Shown piece by piece: positions 28,452 to 37,876 of a stretch of DNA of 64,000 bases. Position 1 is the stretch's first letter, and the number at the start of each line of letters is the position of its first letter. The position numbers and the translations under genes are program-made. Location: positions 1,024,001 through 1,088,000 of the forward strand of contig CAXXUK010000001.1 in assembly GCA_963665125.2 (NCBI GenBank), in the 5' to 3' direction. Source of the DNA: an uncultured Desulfarculus sp. (GTDB lineage Bacteria; Desulfobacterota; Desulfarculia; Desulfarculales; Desulfarculaceae). Under the pieces are notes generated by a model. It saw only the letters and a program-made list of their open reading frames with translations, was not told where the DNA came from and ran no database searches.

Positions 28452-29462
28452 TTGGAGCTCACTCTAGCCCAATTGGCAGAGCTGGTCGGCGGCAGCCTCG
28501 AGGGCCCCGCCGACCGGGTCGTTTCTGGCATAAACGGAATAGACAAAGCGGGCCCTTCGGAGTTGTCTTTTCTGGCAAATCAGAAATACGCCCCGGCCCT
28601 GGCTAGTTGTCAGGCCGGTGTGGTTTTTGTTTCGCCGGACCAGGAAACACCAAAGGAACTGGCCGTGATTCGGGTGGACGATCCCTATCTGGCTTTTGCC
28701 AGGGTGTTGGATATGGCCACACGAAAGCCCTATAAGCCCGGCGGAGTCCACCGGCGCGCGGTCGTCGATGAGACAGCCCAGTTGGGCGACGATGTCACCA
28801 TCCATGCCCTGGCCTGCGTGGGGCCGGGTGCGAAGCTTGGCAACAAAGTTGTATTGCATCCGGGCGTTGTTGTCGGCGAAGGCGTCAGCATCGGAGATGA
28901 CACGGTTCTGCATTCCAACGTTGTGGTTGAACAGGGCTGCATAATCGGCAATAGATGCATCATCCACGCGGGGTCGGTCATCGGGGCCGACGGATACGGC
29001 TTCGTGCCCCAGAAAGACGGCCATTTCAAGATTCCCCAGGTAGGCACGGTGCAAATCGATGATGATGTCGAACTGGGCGCCCTGAATACAGTGGATAGGG
29101 CGGCAATGGGCCGGACATGGATCAAGAGCGGGGTCAAGACCGACAATATGGTGCATGTGGCCCATAACTGCACGGTGGGCAAAAACACACTGCTGGTGGC
29201 CAAGGTCGGCATCAGCGGTTCCACCAGCGTGGGCGACAATGTGGTTATCGGCGGCCAAACAGGCTTGGCCGGACACTTGAAAGTCGGCAACAACGTCAAG
29301 ATAGCCGCGCGATCGGGGATCCAGAACAATGTAAAGGACGGCGAAGTTCTCGCCGGATTCCCGGCCATGCCGCACCGGTTGTGGCTGCGCACCAGGGCCT
29401 TGATCAAGCGGTTGCCGGAGTTGTACGACCGGGTCAAGGAAATAGAAAAGAAGTTGCAATAA
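28452..29462 (+). CDS. lpxD: Lipid A N-acyltransferase LpxD
   Basis: Hexapeptide repeats; IGADGYG; KIPQVG; KTDNMVHVAHN. Confidence 0.96.
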   Translation: MELTLAQLAELVGGSLEGPADRVVSGINGIDKAGPSELSFLANQKYAPALASCQAGVVFVSPDQETPKELAVIRVDDPYLAFARVLDMATRKPYKPGGVHRRAVVDETAQLGDDVTIHALACVGPGAKLGNKVVLHPGVVVGEGVSIGDDTVLHSNVVVEQGCIIGNRCIIHAGSVIGADGYGFVPQKDGHFKIPQVGTVQIDDDVELGALNTVDRAAMGRTWIKSGVKTDNMVHVAHNCTVGKNTLLVAKVGISGSTSVGDNVVIGGQTGLAGHLKVGNNVKIAARSGIQNNVKDGEVLAGFPAMPHRLWLRTRALIKRLPELYDRVKEIEKKLQ

Positions 29463-29494
29463 GCTAATATTGTTGACGAATAAGGGGCGTATTT

Positions 29495-29950
29495 ATGGTT
29501 GTGCCGCTCATGGATATTGAAAAGATAATGAGCTTCCTGCCGCACCGGTATCCGTTTTTACTTATCGACAGGATTCTGGAACTGGATCCGGGCCAGCGGA
29601 TCAAGGCCCTTAAAAACGTGACTTACAATGAGCATTTTTTTCAGGGACATTTTCCCCAGCGCCCGGTCATGCCTGGCGTATTGATCGTTGAGGCCATGGG
29701 CCAGGCCGGAGGCGTCATGGCCTACAATGAGGTGCCCGAAGCCAGGGACATGATCATTTATTTCATGAGCCTCGATAAGGTAAAATTCCGCCAAACCGTT
29801 GAACCGGGCGATCAGTTGATCATCGAGGTTGAATCGGTGCACCGTTCGAGCCGCGCCTGGAAAATGGCCGGCAAAGCCTTTGTCGGAGACAAGGTTGTCG
29901 CCCAGGCTGAGCTGTCGGCGGCGGTGCAGATACCTGCACCGGGCAATTAG
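29495..29950 (+). CDS. fabZ: 3-hydroxyacyl-ACP dehydratase FabZ (start may be 29510)
   Basis: LPHRYPFLLIDR; FFQGHFP; MPGVLIVEAMGQ. Confidence 0.97.
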   Translation: MVVPLMDIEKIMSFLPHRYPFLLIDRILELDPGQRIKALKNVTYNEHFFQGHFPQRPVMPGVLIVEAMGQAGGVMAYNEVPEARDMIIYFMSLDKVKFRQTVEPGDQLIIEVESVHRSSRAWKMAGKAFVGDKVVAQAELSAAVQIPAPGN

Positions 29951-29980
29951 CCCTAAATACATCTGGATTGAAATCAAAAA

Positions 29981-30754
29981 ATGGCTATTCATCCAACTGC
30001 GATAATAGACCCGTCTGCGGAAATTGCCGGGGACGCCGGAATTGGTGCGTATACGGTCATTGGGCCCGAGGTGAAAATCGGCTCCAATACCGAGATCATG
30101 CATCATGTCAATATTCATAAGCTGACGACAATCGGTTCTAATTGCGTTATCTGGCCCTTTGCCTCGTTGGGCACCGATCCGCAGGATCTGAAATTTCAAG
30201 GCGAACGTTCGACCTTGGAAATAGGCGACAATGTCATGATCCGCGAATGTGTCACCGCAAACCGGGGCACGGCAGACGGAGGCCTTGTCACCAGGATCGG
30301 CAATGAGTGCCTATTGATGGCCTATGCCCATGTGGCCCATGATTGCCATCTTGGCGATGGTGTGATCATGAGCAATGCCGTAAACCTGGCTGGTCATGTG
30401 ACTTTGCAGGATCGTTGCAGCATAGGCGGCATGACCGCGGTGCATCAATTCACACGCATCGGCACCCGCTGCTTTGTGGGGGGCATGAGCGGCATCGCCA
30501 ATGACCTACCGCCGTATTGCCTCTGTGAAGGCAACCGGGCCAAACCACACGCGATAAATGTTATCGGACTGAAGCGTTCCGGATTCTCCGAAGAATCCAT
30601 AAAGGCTCTCAAGGACGCCTACCGGATCATCTTCCGGACCCGCACGCCCATTAAAAAGGCCATTGAGCAGGTCCGTCAGGAAGTCGCGGATACCGTGGAA
30701 GTCCAGACTTTGCTGAAATTTATCGAAGAGTCCGAAAGGGGCGTGGCCCGCTGA
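29981..30754 (+). CDS. lpxA: UDP-GlcNAc acyltransferase LpxA
   Basis: IHPTAII, PQDLKF, HVAHDC, LAGHV, HQF. Confidence 0.97.
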   Translation: MAIHPTAIIDPSAEIAGDAGIGAYTVIGPEVKIGSNTEIMHHVNIHKLTTIGSNCVIWPFASLGTDPQDLKFQGERSTLEIGDNVMIRECVTANRGTADGGLVTRIGNECLLMAYAHVAHDCHLGDGVIMSNAVNLAGHVTLQDRCSIGGMTAVHQFTRIGTRCFVGGMSGIANDLPPYCLCEGNRAKPHAINVIGLKRSGFSEESIKALKDAYRIIFRTRTPIKKAIEQVRQEVADTVEVQTLLKFIEESERGVAR

Positions 30755-30756
30755 CT

Positions 30757-31587
30757 ATGGCCGACAAGACCATAGGAATCATAGCCGGCACCAGCCAGTT
30801 TCCCCTGCTTTTCGCCAAGGCGGCCAAAAAGCGGGGCCTGCGCGTCGTTGCCGTGGCCCACAAGGGCGAGACCTTTCCCGAGCTTGAGGCTGAAGTCGAT
30901 GAGATCACCTGGATTCAGCTGGGCCAGGTAGGCAAGCTCTTGAAGGCCTTTCGCAAGGCCGGGGTGAACCAAGCCGTGATGTGCGGCGGGGTGACCAAAA
31001 CCCGGATGTTCAAGGACGTGCGGCCGGACATGAAGGCTCTGGCCTTGATCAACCGCATCCGCCACATGGCCGACGACGGCATCCTACGCACTTTGGCCGA
31101 TTATCTTTCAGACGAGGGGGTAAAGGTCATCGCCAGCCATGATATGGTGCCCGAACTACTGGCCCAAGAGGGCGTATACACCCGGCGCAAACCCGACTCC
31201 GATGAACAGCAGAGCGCGGAGGTGGGCTGGCAGGTCTGCGCCCAAATGGGCTGCCTGGACATAGGCCAGTGCGTGGTGGTGCGCGACCGGGCAGTGGTGG
31301 CGGTGGAGGCCATAGAAGGCACCGACGCCTGCATCGCCCGGGGCGGTGAGTTGGCCCGGGGCAAGGCTGTGGTGGTCAAACGTTGCAAGCCGATCCAGGA
31401 TATGCGTTTCGACCTGCCTTCGGTGGGCCTGCGGACCATTGAGGTTATGAAACAATCAGGCTGCAGTTGCCTGCTCATAGAGGCCGAAAAAACCCTGATA
31501 TTCGACAAGGACCTGATGATTGACCTGGCCGACAAATCCGGCATCTGCGTGATGGCCTGGGCCACGGGAGATGAAAATAATGGCTAA
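30757..31587 (+). CDS. lpxI: UDP-2,3-diacylglucosamine diphosphatase LpxI
   Basis: GIIAG, DIGQ, AVEAIEGTD, QDMRFDLPSVG. Confidence 0.93.
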   Translation: MADKTIGIIAGTSQFPLLFAKAAKKRGLRVVAVAHKGETFPELEAEVDEITWIQLGQVGKLLKAFRKAGVNQAVMCGGVTKTRMFKDVRPDMKALALINRIRHMADDGILRTLADYLSDEGVKVIASHDMVPELLAQEGVYTRRKPDSDEQQSAEVGWQVCAQMGCLDIGQCVVVRDRAVVAVEAIEGTDACIARGGELARGKAVVVKRCKPIQDMRFDLPSVGLRTIEVMKQSGCSCLLIEAEKTLIFDKDLMIDLADKSGICVMAWATGDENNG

Positions 31588-32578
31588 GACCCGCATCGCC
31601 GTTGTGGGCGTGGGATATTTGGGGCGCTTTCATGCTCAAAAGGTTGCGGCCCTGGATAGCGCCGAACTGGTTGCCGTGGTTGACAAGGACCTGGCCCGCG
31701 CCACTGCCCTGGCCGCGGAATTGGGCTGCCGGGCCAGCGCGGACGTCACTGAGATTATTGGCGATATAGACGCCGCCTGCGTGGTCACGCCAACGGTTTA
31801 TCATTACGCGGTGGCCGCCGAGCTGTTACGCAACGGCAGGGATGTTTTGTGCGAAAAGCCCATGACCGCCACCCTGGATCAGGCCGATGAACTGGTGGAT
31901 TTGGCCACCGACAACAACTGCATCCTCCAGGTCGGCCATTTGGAACGCTTCAACCCGGCGGTTCAAAAAGCCGACGAGTGCATCAGCCAGCCCATGTTTA
32001 TCGAATGCAACCGCATCGCTCCATTCAAGGCCCGGGCCATGGACGTGGATGTGGCCCTGGACCTGATGATTCACGACCTGGACATAATCATCGCCTTCGT
32101 GGGCGAGGAGCCAAGCGAAATCAGGGCCAAGGGCGTGCCAGTGCTGGGGCCTCACGCCGATCTGGTCAACGCCCGCTTGGAGTTTCCCGGCGGCTGCGTG
32201 GCCAATGTGACGGCCTCGAGGCTGGCCCTCAAGGACGAACGGCGAATGCGCATCTTCCAGCCAGAGGCCTACGTGGCCCTGGACTTCAAGGAGCGCCAGG
32301 TCCAGGTGGTCAGCGGCGTGCAATACGTGGCCGGTGAAGACCCCAAGGTCGATATGCAGTTGCATGATTTCGGGCCCAGCGATCCCCTGGCCCAGGAGAT
32401 CGCCTCGTTTGTGGAATGCGTGCAAAAACGCCGTGCGCCGGTGGTTGACGGCAAGGCCGCCCGCAAGGCCTTGGCCTGCGCCCTTGCCGTTAAACAATGC
32501 GTCGAAGACGGCCTCTGCGGCATGGAGCATGTTCTGGACGCCTCGCGCAAGTGGGTCGACGCCGAGATGCCGGAGTAG
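31571..32578 (+). CDS. gnnA: Gfo/Idh/MocA oxidoreductase, GnnA-like (start 31571 or 31580)
   Basis: GVGYLG, EKPM, GHLERFNP, DLMIHDLD; located between lpxA/lpxI and lpxB. Confidence 0.72.
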   Translation: MKIMAKTRIAVVGVGYLGRFHAQKVAALDSAELVAVVDKDLARATALAAELGCRASADVTEIIGDIDAACVVTPTVYHYAVAAELLRNGRDVLCEKPMTATLDQADELVDLATDNNCILQVGHLERFNPAVQKADECISQPMFIECNRIAPFKARAMDVDVALDLMIHDLDIIIAFVGEEPSEIRAKGVPVLGPHADLVNARLEFPGGCVANVTASRLALKDERRMRIFQPEAYVALDFKERQVQVVSGVQYVAGEDPKVDMQLHDFGPSDPLAQEIASFVECVQKRRAPVVDGKAARKALACALAVKQCVEDGLCGMEHVLDASRKWVDAEMPE

Positions 32579-32585
32579 TTGTTTG

Positions 32586-33731
32586 GTGGGTGCTGAACCT
32601 CGATTGTTGCTGGTGGCCGGAGAGGCCAGTGGAGATATCCACGGCGCCTCCCTGGTGCGGGAACTGAAAAACCGCGCGCCCCGGGCCGTTTTCAGCGGCA
32701 TCGGCGGCCCGGCAATGCGGCAGGCCGGGGTGGACATCCTCTACGACTATGAAGAGTTGGCCGTGATGGGCTTTTCCGATGTCCTTCCAAAGCTGGGGCA
32801 TATCCTGTCGATCCTGCGCGGCCTGAAAAAACACATGCGTCAAACCAGGCCCGATGTGGTCGTCCTTATCGATTTTCCCGACTTCAATTTCCGGGTGGGC
32901 AAGGCCGCCAAAAAACTGGGCCTCAAGGTGCTCTATTACATCAGCCCCCAGCTTTGGGCCTGGCGTCAGGGCAGGGCCAGGACCCTGGCCAAATTCAGCG
33001 ACGCCCTGGCCTGCGTTTTTCCGTTTGAAGAGGACTTTTATAAAAAGATCGCCCCGGATATGCCGGTGACGTTCGTGGGGCATCCTTTTCTGGACCGCCC
33101 CGCCGATCCCCAGGCTGACGAGCCTCTGCCTTTTAATGGCGAAGGTCCCGTGGTGGGGCTGCTGCCGGGCAGCCGCATGGCCGAAATCGAGCGCCTGTTG
33201 CCGCTGTTGCTGGACGCGGCGGGCATCATGCTCCAAAACAGGCCCGATATCCGCTTTGCCATGCCCGTGGCGCCTGGTTTGAGCCGGGAGAAATTGGCCA
33301 CGTTCATGGGCGGCGCCCCGGAAAATCTGCTTGTTTTGGATGGCCAGGCCGAACGGGTCATGCGCCAGGCCGATCTGCTGTTGATAACTTCGGGCACCGC
33401 CACATTGCAAGCCGCTCTGGCGGGAGCCCCCATGGTGGTGGTATACAAGACCGGGGGCTTCAACTACTGGCTGGCCAGTTCCCTGGTGAAAGTGGAACAC
33501 ATCGCCATGCCCAATTTGATCTATGAGGGCAGGTTGTTGCCGGAACTGGTCCAGGACGAAGCCACGCCCCAGTCCGTGGCCGCCGAAGGCCTGGATATAC
33601 TGGAGAACACCCAGCGCCGGGAGGCCATGATCCGGGGCTTGGACGAGGTGCGCCGCCGCCTGGGCGGGCCCGGAGCCAACGCCCGCACGGCCGGGCTGGT
33701 CATGCAACTTATGGAAGAGAGCCGCAATTGA
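32586..33731 (+). CDS. lpxB: Lipid A disaccharide synthase LpxB (start approximate)
   Basis: AGEASGD, IDFPDFN, SPQLWAWR, FVGHP, LLPGSR, SGTATL. Confidence 0.96.
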   Translation: MGAEPRLLLVAGEASGDIHGASLVRELKNRAPRAVFSGIGGPAMRQAGVDILYDYEELAVMGFSDVLPKLGHILSILRGLKKHMRQTRPDVVVLIDFPDFNFRVGKAAKKLGLKVLYYISPQLWAWRQGRARTLAKFSDALACVFPFEEDFYKKIAPDMPVTFVGHPFLDRPADPQADEPLPFNGEGPVVGLLPGSRMAEIERLLPLLLDAAGIMLQNRPDIRFAMPVAPGLSREKLATFMGGAPENLLVLDGQAERVMRQADLLLITSGTATLQAALAGAPMVVVYKTGGFNYWLASSLVKVEHIAMPNLIYEGRLLPELVQDEATPQSVAAEGLDILENTQRREAMIRGLDEVRRRLGGPGANARTAGLVMQLMEESRN

Positions 33732-33733
33732 GC

Positions 33734-35521
33734 ATGTTGACCGGAGCCAAAGGCGACGCGGCGCTATACAGCCGCTTGCTGCAAAAAGTTAAGCCCTATA
33801 AATGGCGTCTGGTGTTTTCCATGGTGCTGATGGCCGTGGCCGCCTCCACCCAGGGCGCCATGGCCTACATGGTCAAGGACGTGCTGGACGGAATCTTCGC
33901 CGAACGCAACATGTGGCTGTTGTACGCCGTGCCCGTGGCCATCATCATCCTCTACGCCGTCAAGGGCACGGCCACCTATGGCCAGACATACCTGATGTCG
34001 TATGTGGGCAACAGCATCGTCACCGAATTCCGGGTGGATCTCTATCACCAGCTTCAGCGCATGCCCCTGGGCTATTTCGACCGGGTGCCCACCGGCGAGT
34101 TAATGAGCCGCATCACCAACGACGTCAACATGATTCAGGGCGCGGTGAGCAGCGTGGTCACCGGCGTATTCAAGGATTTTTTCACAATTCTGGCCCTGGT
34201 GGGCGTGGTGGTTTACCGTGATCCGTTCCTGGCTGTTTTCGCCCTGGGTATTTTCCCGATATGCGTAATACCCCTTGTAAAGCTGGGCCGCAGGCTGCGC
34301 AAGATATCCACGCGTTCTCAGGAGACCATGGCCGACGTCAACGTGCTCTTGCACGAGACCATCGGCGGCGCCCGCATCGTCAAGGGCTTTTGCCGGGAAG
34401 AATTCGAGGCCCAGCGTTTCAGTGACGAGGCCCACAGGCTTTTCTGGTTAAAGATGAAGGACGTCAGCACCCGGGCCATCTCCAGCCCGCTCATGGAGTT
34501 CCTAGGCGGCTTGGCCATAGCCGGCATCATCTTTTACGGCGGCTACCAGGTGGTCAACGGCGAGTCCACGCCGGGAACCTTCTTCAGCTTTCTGACGGCC
34601 CTGATCATGCTCTACGAGCCGGTCAAGCGGCTTTCCAATATCAACAACGACATCCAGAACGGTTTGGCCGCCGCGGTGCGCGTCTACGCCATATTGGACG
34701 CCGAACCGGAGATCCAGGACAAGCCCGGCGCTGTTGAATTGCCACCTATACAACTGACAGTGGCCTTCAAGGATGTCCGCTTCGCCTATGACCTGGAAAA
34801 AGGCGACGTGCTAAAGGGTATCGACCTTGAAGTGCCCAAGGGCCAGGCCGTGGCCCTGGTGGGCACCAGCGGTGGCGGCAAGACCACCATGGTCAATCTG
34901 TTACCGCGCTTTTACGAGGTTTCAAGGGGCGCCATCCTCATCGACGGCATTGACATCCGCGACGTGACCATGCAGAGCCTGCGCAGGCAGATCAGCATCG
35001 TCACCCAACAGACGATTTTGTTCAACAATTCCGTGCGCTACAATATCTCCTACGGCAGGCCCGAGGCCACCGAGGACGAGATCAGGGCCGCCGCTGACGC
35101 GGCCTTCGCCACGGGCTTCATTGAAAAACTGCCCCAGGGCTTCGACACCATGATCGGAGAGTCCGGCGTGCTGCTAAGCGGCGGGGAGCGCCAGCGCCTG
35201 AGCATTGCCCGGGCCATCCTGGCCGATCGGCCCATCCTGATCCTGGACGAGGCCACCTCCAGCCTGGACACCGAGAGCGAACTGTACGTGCAAAAGGCCC
35301 TGGAAAACCTGATGCAGGGCCGAACCTCGTTTGTCATCGCCCACCGCCTGTCCACCGTGCGCCGGGCAGACCGCATCCTGGTCATGAGCGGCGGCAAGAT
35401 CGTGGAGCAGGGCAGGCACGAGGACCTGTTGAAAAACGGCGGTCTCTACACCAAGCTGCACAAGATGCAATTCACCGTCGACAGCGGCATGGAAGGCCTG
35501 GAGGCCGCCGACGATGCTTAG
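33734..35521 (+). CDS. msbA: Lipid A flippase MsbA
   Basis: TMD plus NBD; GTSGGGKTT; LSGGERQR; LDEATS; follows lpxB. Confidence 0.92.
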   Translation: MLTGAKGDAALYSRLLQKVKPYKWRLVFSMVLMAVAASTQGAMAYMVKDVLDGIFAERNMWLLYAVPVAIIILYAVKGTATYGQTYLMSYVGNSIVTEFRVDLYHQLQRMPLGYFDRVPTGELMSRITNDVNMIQGAVSSVVTGVFKDFFTILALVGVVVYRDPFLAVFALGIFPICVIPLVKLGRRLRKISTRSQETMADVNVLLHETIGGARIVKGFCREEFEAQRFSDEAHRLFWLKMKDVSTRAISSPLMEFLGGLAIAGIIFYGGYQVVNGESTPGTFFSFLTALIMLYEPVKRLSNINNDIQNGLAAAVRVYAILDAEPEIQDKPGAVELPPIQLTVAFKDVRFAYDLEKGDVLKGIDLEVPKGQAVALVGTSGGGKTTMVNLLPRFYEVSRGAILIDGIDIRDVTMQSLRRQISIVTQQTILFNNSVRYNISYGRPEATEDEIRAAADAAFATGFIEKLPQGFDTMIGESGVLLSGGERQRLSIARAILADRPILILDEATSSLDTESELYVQKALENLMQGRTSFVIAHRLSTVRRADRILVMSGGKIVEQGRHEDLLKNGGLYTKLHKMQFTVDSGMEGLEAADDA

Positions 35522-36125
35522 GACTTGGTCCCCGCGCATTGTCATAGTGCTGCTTTTGTCGGCGGCACTGGCCGCCATGTGGGCCTATGGCGATGACCGA
35601 ATGCTCCTTAGCGATATGGAATACTTCGGCTCTTTCGGCTTTGGCTTTGGCCTCAAGCATGCCGCGTATTGGCTGGGCCTGGGAGCCTTGCAGGCGGCGT
35701 TTGCCGGAGTGTTGATCCTGGCCGGCATGCTATGGGAGCATCTGCGCATAACCGCCACGGGCTGGGCCGCGCTCATAGCCGTGGCCGCATCGGGCCTGCT
35801 GGTTCAGGTGTTCAAGCACATCGTGGGCCGCCCCAGGCCCGGACAGAACATGGATGCCTGGCAATTGCAGGGCTTTACTTTTGAAAGCGACATGCACTCG
35901 TTTCCCTCGGGGCACGCGGCAACCAGCTTTGCCCTGGCGGCCGTATTGGCGGCGCGCTTTCCCCGCCTGGCCTGGCTGTTTTACGCCATGGCGGCCTTGA
36001 TAGGCCTGGGCCGGGTGATGGGCGGCTCCCATTTCGCCAGCGACGTCATCGCCGGGTGCATCCTGGGCCTGCTGTGCGGCTGGCTCATCGCCTGGCGTTT
36101 CAAGCTACGCGAGGACATAAGATGA
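35514..36125 (+). CDS. PAP2-family membrane phosphatase (LpxE/LpxF or undecaprenyl-PP phosphatase type)
   Basis: KxxxxRxRP, FPSGH and RxxxxxHxxxD motifs all present. Confidence 0.88.
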   Translation: MLRTWSPRIVIVLLLSAALAAMWAYGDDRMLLSDMEYFGSFGFGFGLKHAAYWLGLGALQAAFAGVLILAGMLWEHLRITATGWAALIAVAASGLLVQVFKHIVGRPRPGQNMDAWQLQGFTFESDMHSFPSGHAATSFALAAVLAARFPRLAWLFYAMAALIGLGRVMGGSHFASDVIAGCILGLLCGWLIAWRFKLREDIR

Positions 36126-37876
36126 TCCGGGCCGCCAACGCATACTGGCCCGCTCTGGCGGCTGTGGTCCTGGTGGCCGCGGCTTTGATGTTTTTCGCCG
36201 ACCTGGGCGGCATGGCCCTGACCGACCGCGACGAGGGCGAATACGGCGCCGCCGTGAACGAGATGCGCCGTAGCGGCGACTACATCGTGCCCACCCTAAA
36301 CTGCAACCGCTATCTGGAAAAACCGATTCTGGCCTTTTGGGCCATTGCCGGGGCCGAGGCCGTGGCCGGGCGGGGCGAACTGGCCGCCCGCCTGCCGTCT
36401 GCCATAAGCGCCATGGCCGTGGTCCTGATGGTGGCGGCCATTGCCTGGTTCGCATCGGGCAGCGTGCCCCTGGCCGTGTGCTCGGCCGGGGCCTGCGCAT
36501 TTACGCCGCTCTATGTGCTGGTGGCCAGGGCTTGCCTGACCGACATGCTGCTGACCCTGTGGACGACAATGGCCGTTCTTGCCTTTTTCATGGCCACCGA
36601 AACGGCCAGACCCAAGGACGCCAAGTGGTGGCTCCTGGCCTGGGCCGGGCTGGGTTTGTCGTTTCTCACCAAGGGCCCGGTTGGCCCGGCGGTGGTATTG
36701 CCCACGGCCTTAATCTATGCCCTGGTCCAGCGTAACCTGTGGCTGACCATCAAGCGCGCCCGCATCCATTGGGGCCTGCTCATCGTGGTGATTATCAACC
36801 TGCCGTGGTACGGCCTGGTGTTCATGCGCCTGGGCTCCCAGTTTTGGCAGGATTTTTTCGTCTCCCAAAACATACGCCGTTTCAGCGAGGTGCTTTTGGG
36901 CCATGGCGGTGGTCTGGCCTACTACATCCCAGTGCTGCTGCTGGGGGCTTTTCCGTTTTTTATCATCGCGTTGCCCGCCATGGTCCGGGCCCTGACCAAA
37001 AATCCCCACCTGGTGCGGGCAGCCGATCCTCTGGCCCGGTTGCGGATGCTGTCGGCCATCGCCGTATTGGTGGTGTTCGTGGTGTTCAGCCTGGCCGCCA
37101 CCAAGCAGATAAACTACATCCTGCCGGCTTTGCCCTTTGCGGCCCCATTGGCCGGGTACAAGCTGTGGCGCATGGCCTCTGGCGAGATCCCCGGCAAATT
37201 CGCATCCCACGTATTCTGGGGCGGCCTTATCTTGTTCGCCGTGATCCTGGGCGTGGCCCTGGCGGCCATACCCGGCGGCCTTCCGGCGTTTTGGGACAAG
37301 ATCATGGACTCCATCCGCTTTGACAGCAGCGAATACGCCCTGCCGCTCAGGGCTCCGGTGTTGCTGTTGTGGCCCGCGCTGATTTTGACGTCTCTGGCGG
37401 CCATGGTCGCCGGGGCCAGGATCGTTTGGCTAAAGGGCAGAAAGAACTTCATGCCCTGCGCCTTGATGCTCGGGGCGGCATTGTGTTGCGCCGGGCTGTT
37501 TTTCGGCCTTTTGCCCCAAGTGGCCGACGAGATCAACGAACCGGCCAAGCGTCTGACAATCGCCGCCGTGCAAAAGGCCGGCGATGACAAAATAGTGTCT
37601 TACGGCCTTTGGAAGCCGTCCGTGATATATTACGCAGACCGGGTGGTTCCCCGCTTTCGGGTGGAGCAGGGCGACAAACTGGCCGAGTTGCTGGCCGGGC
37701 CCGAACCGGTATGGGTGACCAGCCGGGCCAGGTTGACCGACAAGCTGGCGCAATTGCCCGGCTTTGTGAAACTTGCCAGGGACAAGGGCTATTTGCTGGG
37801 CGGCAACCAGGCCGCCGCGGCGAAATGGCAAACGGGAAAGGAACAGGAGGCGCAAGGTGGGTCCAAAGACCCGTGA
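36122..37876 (+). CDS. ArnT-family (GT83) glycosyltransferase, copy 1
   Basis: DEGEY, YLEKP, ARLPSA, LTKGP, TKQINYILP. Confidence 0.9.
   Translation: MIRAANAYWPALAAVVLVAAALMFFADLGGMALTDRDEGEYGAAVNEMRRSGDYIVPTLNCNRYLEKPILAFWAIAGAEAVAGRGELAARLPSAISAMAVVLMVAAIAWFASGSVPLAVCSAGACAFTPLYVLVARACLTDMLLTLWTTMAVLAFFMATETARPKDAKWWLLAWAGLGLSFLTKGPVGPAVVLPTALIYALVQRNLWLTIKRARIHWGLLIVVIINLPWYGLVFMRLGSQFWQDFFVSQNIRRFSEVLLGHGGGLAYYIPVLLLGAFPFFIIALPAMVRALTKNPHLVRAADPLARLRMLSAIAVLVVFVVFSLAATKQINYILPALPFAAPLAGYKLWRMASGEIPGKFASHVFWGGLILFAVILGVALAAIPGGLPAFWDKIMDSIRFDSSEYALPLRAPVLLLWPALILTSLAAMVAGARIVWLKGRKNFMPCALMLGAALCCAGLFFGLLPQVADEINEPAKRLTIAAVQKAGDDKIVSYGLWKPSVIYYADRVVPRFRVEQGDKLAELLAGPEPVWVTSRARLTDKLAQLPGFVKLARDKGYLLGGNQAAAAKWQTGKEQEAQGGSKDP

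Noticed and set aside
32334..32585. N-terminal extension of the LpxB ORF, and similar extensions of the tadG, lysS, bamA, arnT, waaA and remA ORFs
   Set aside because: Artefacts of longest-ORF calling; downstream starts fit the RBS or family N-terminus better.
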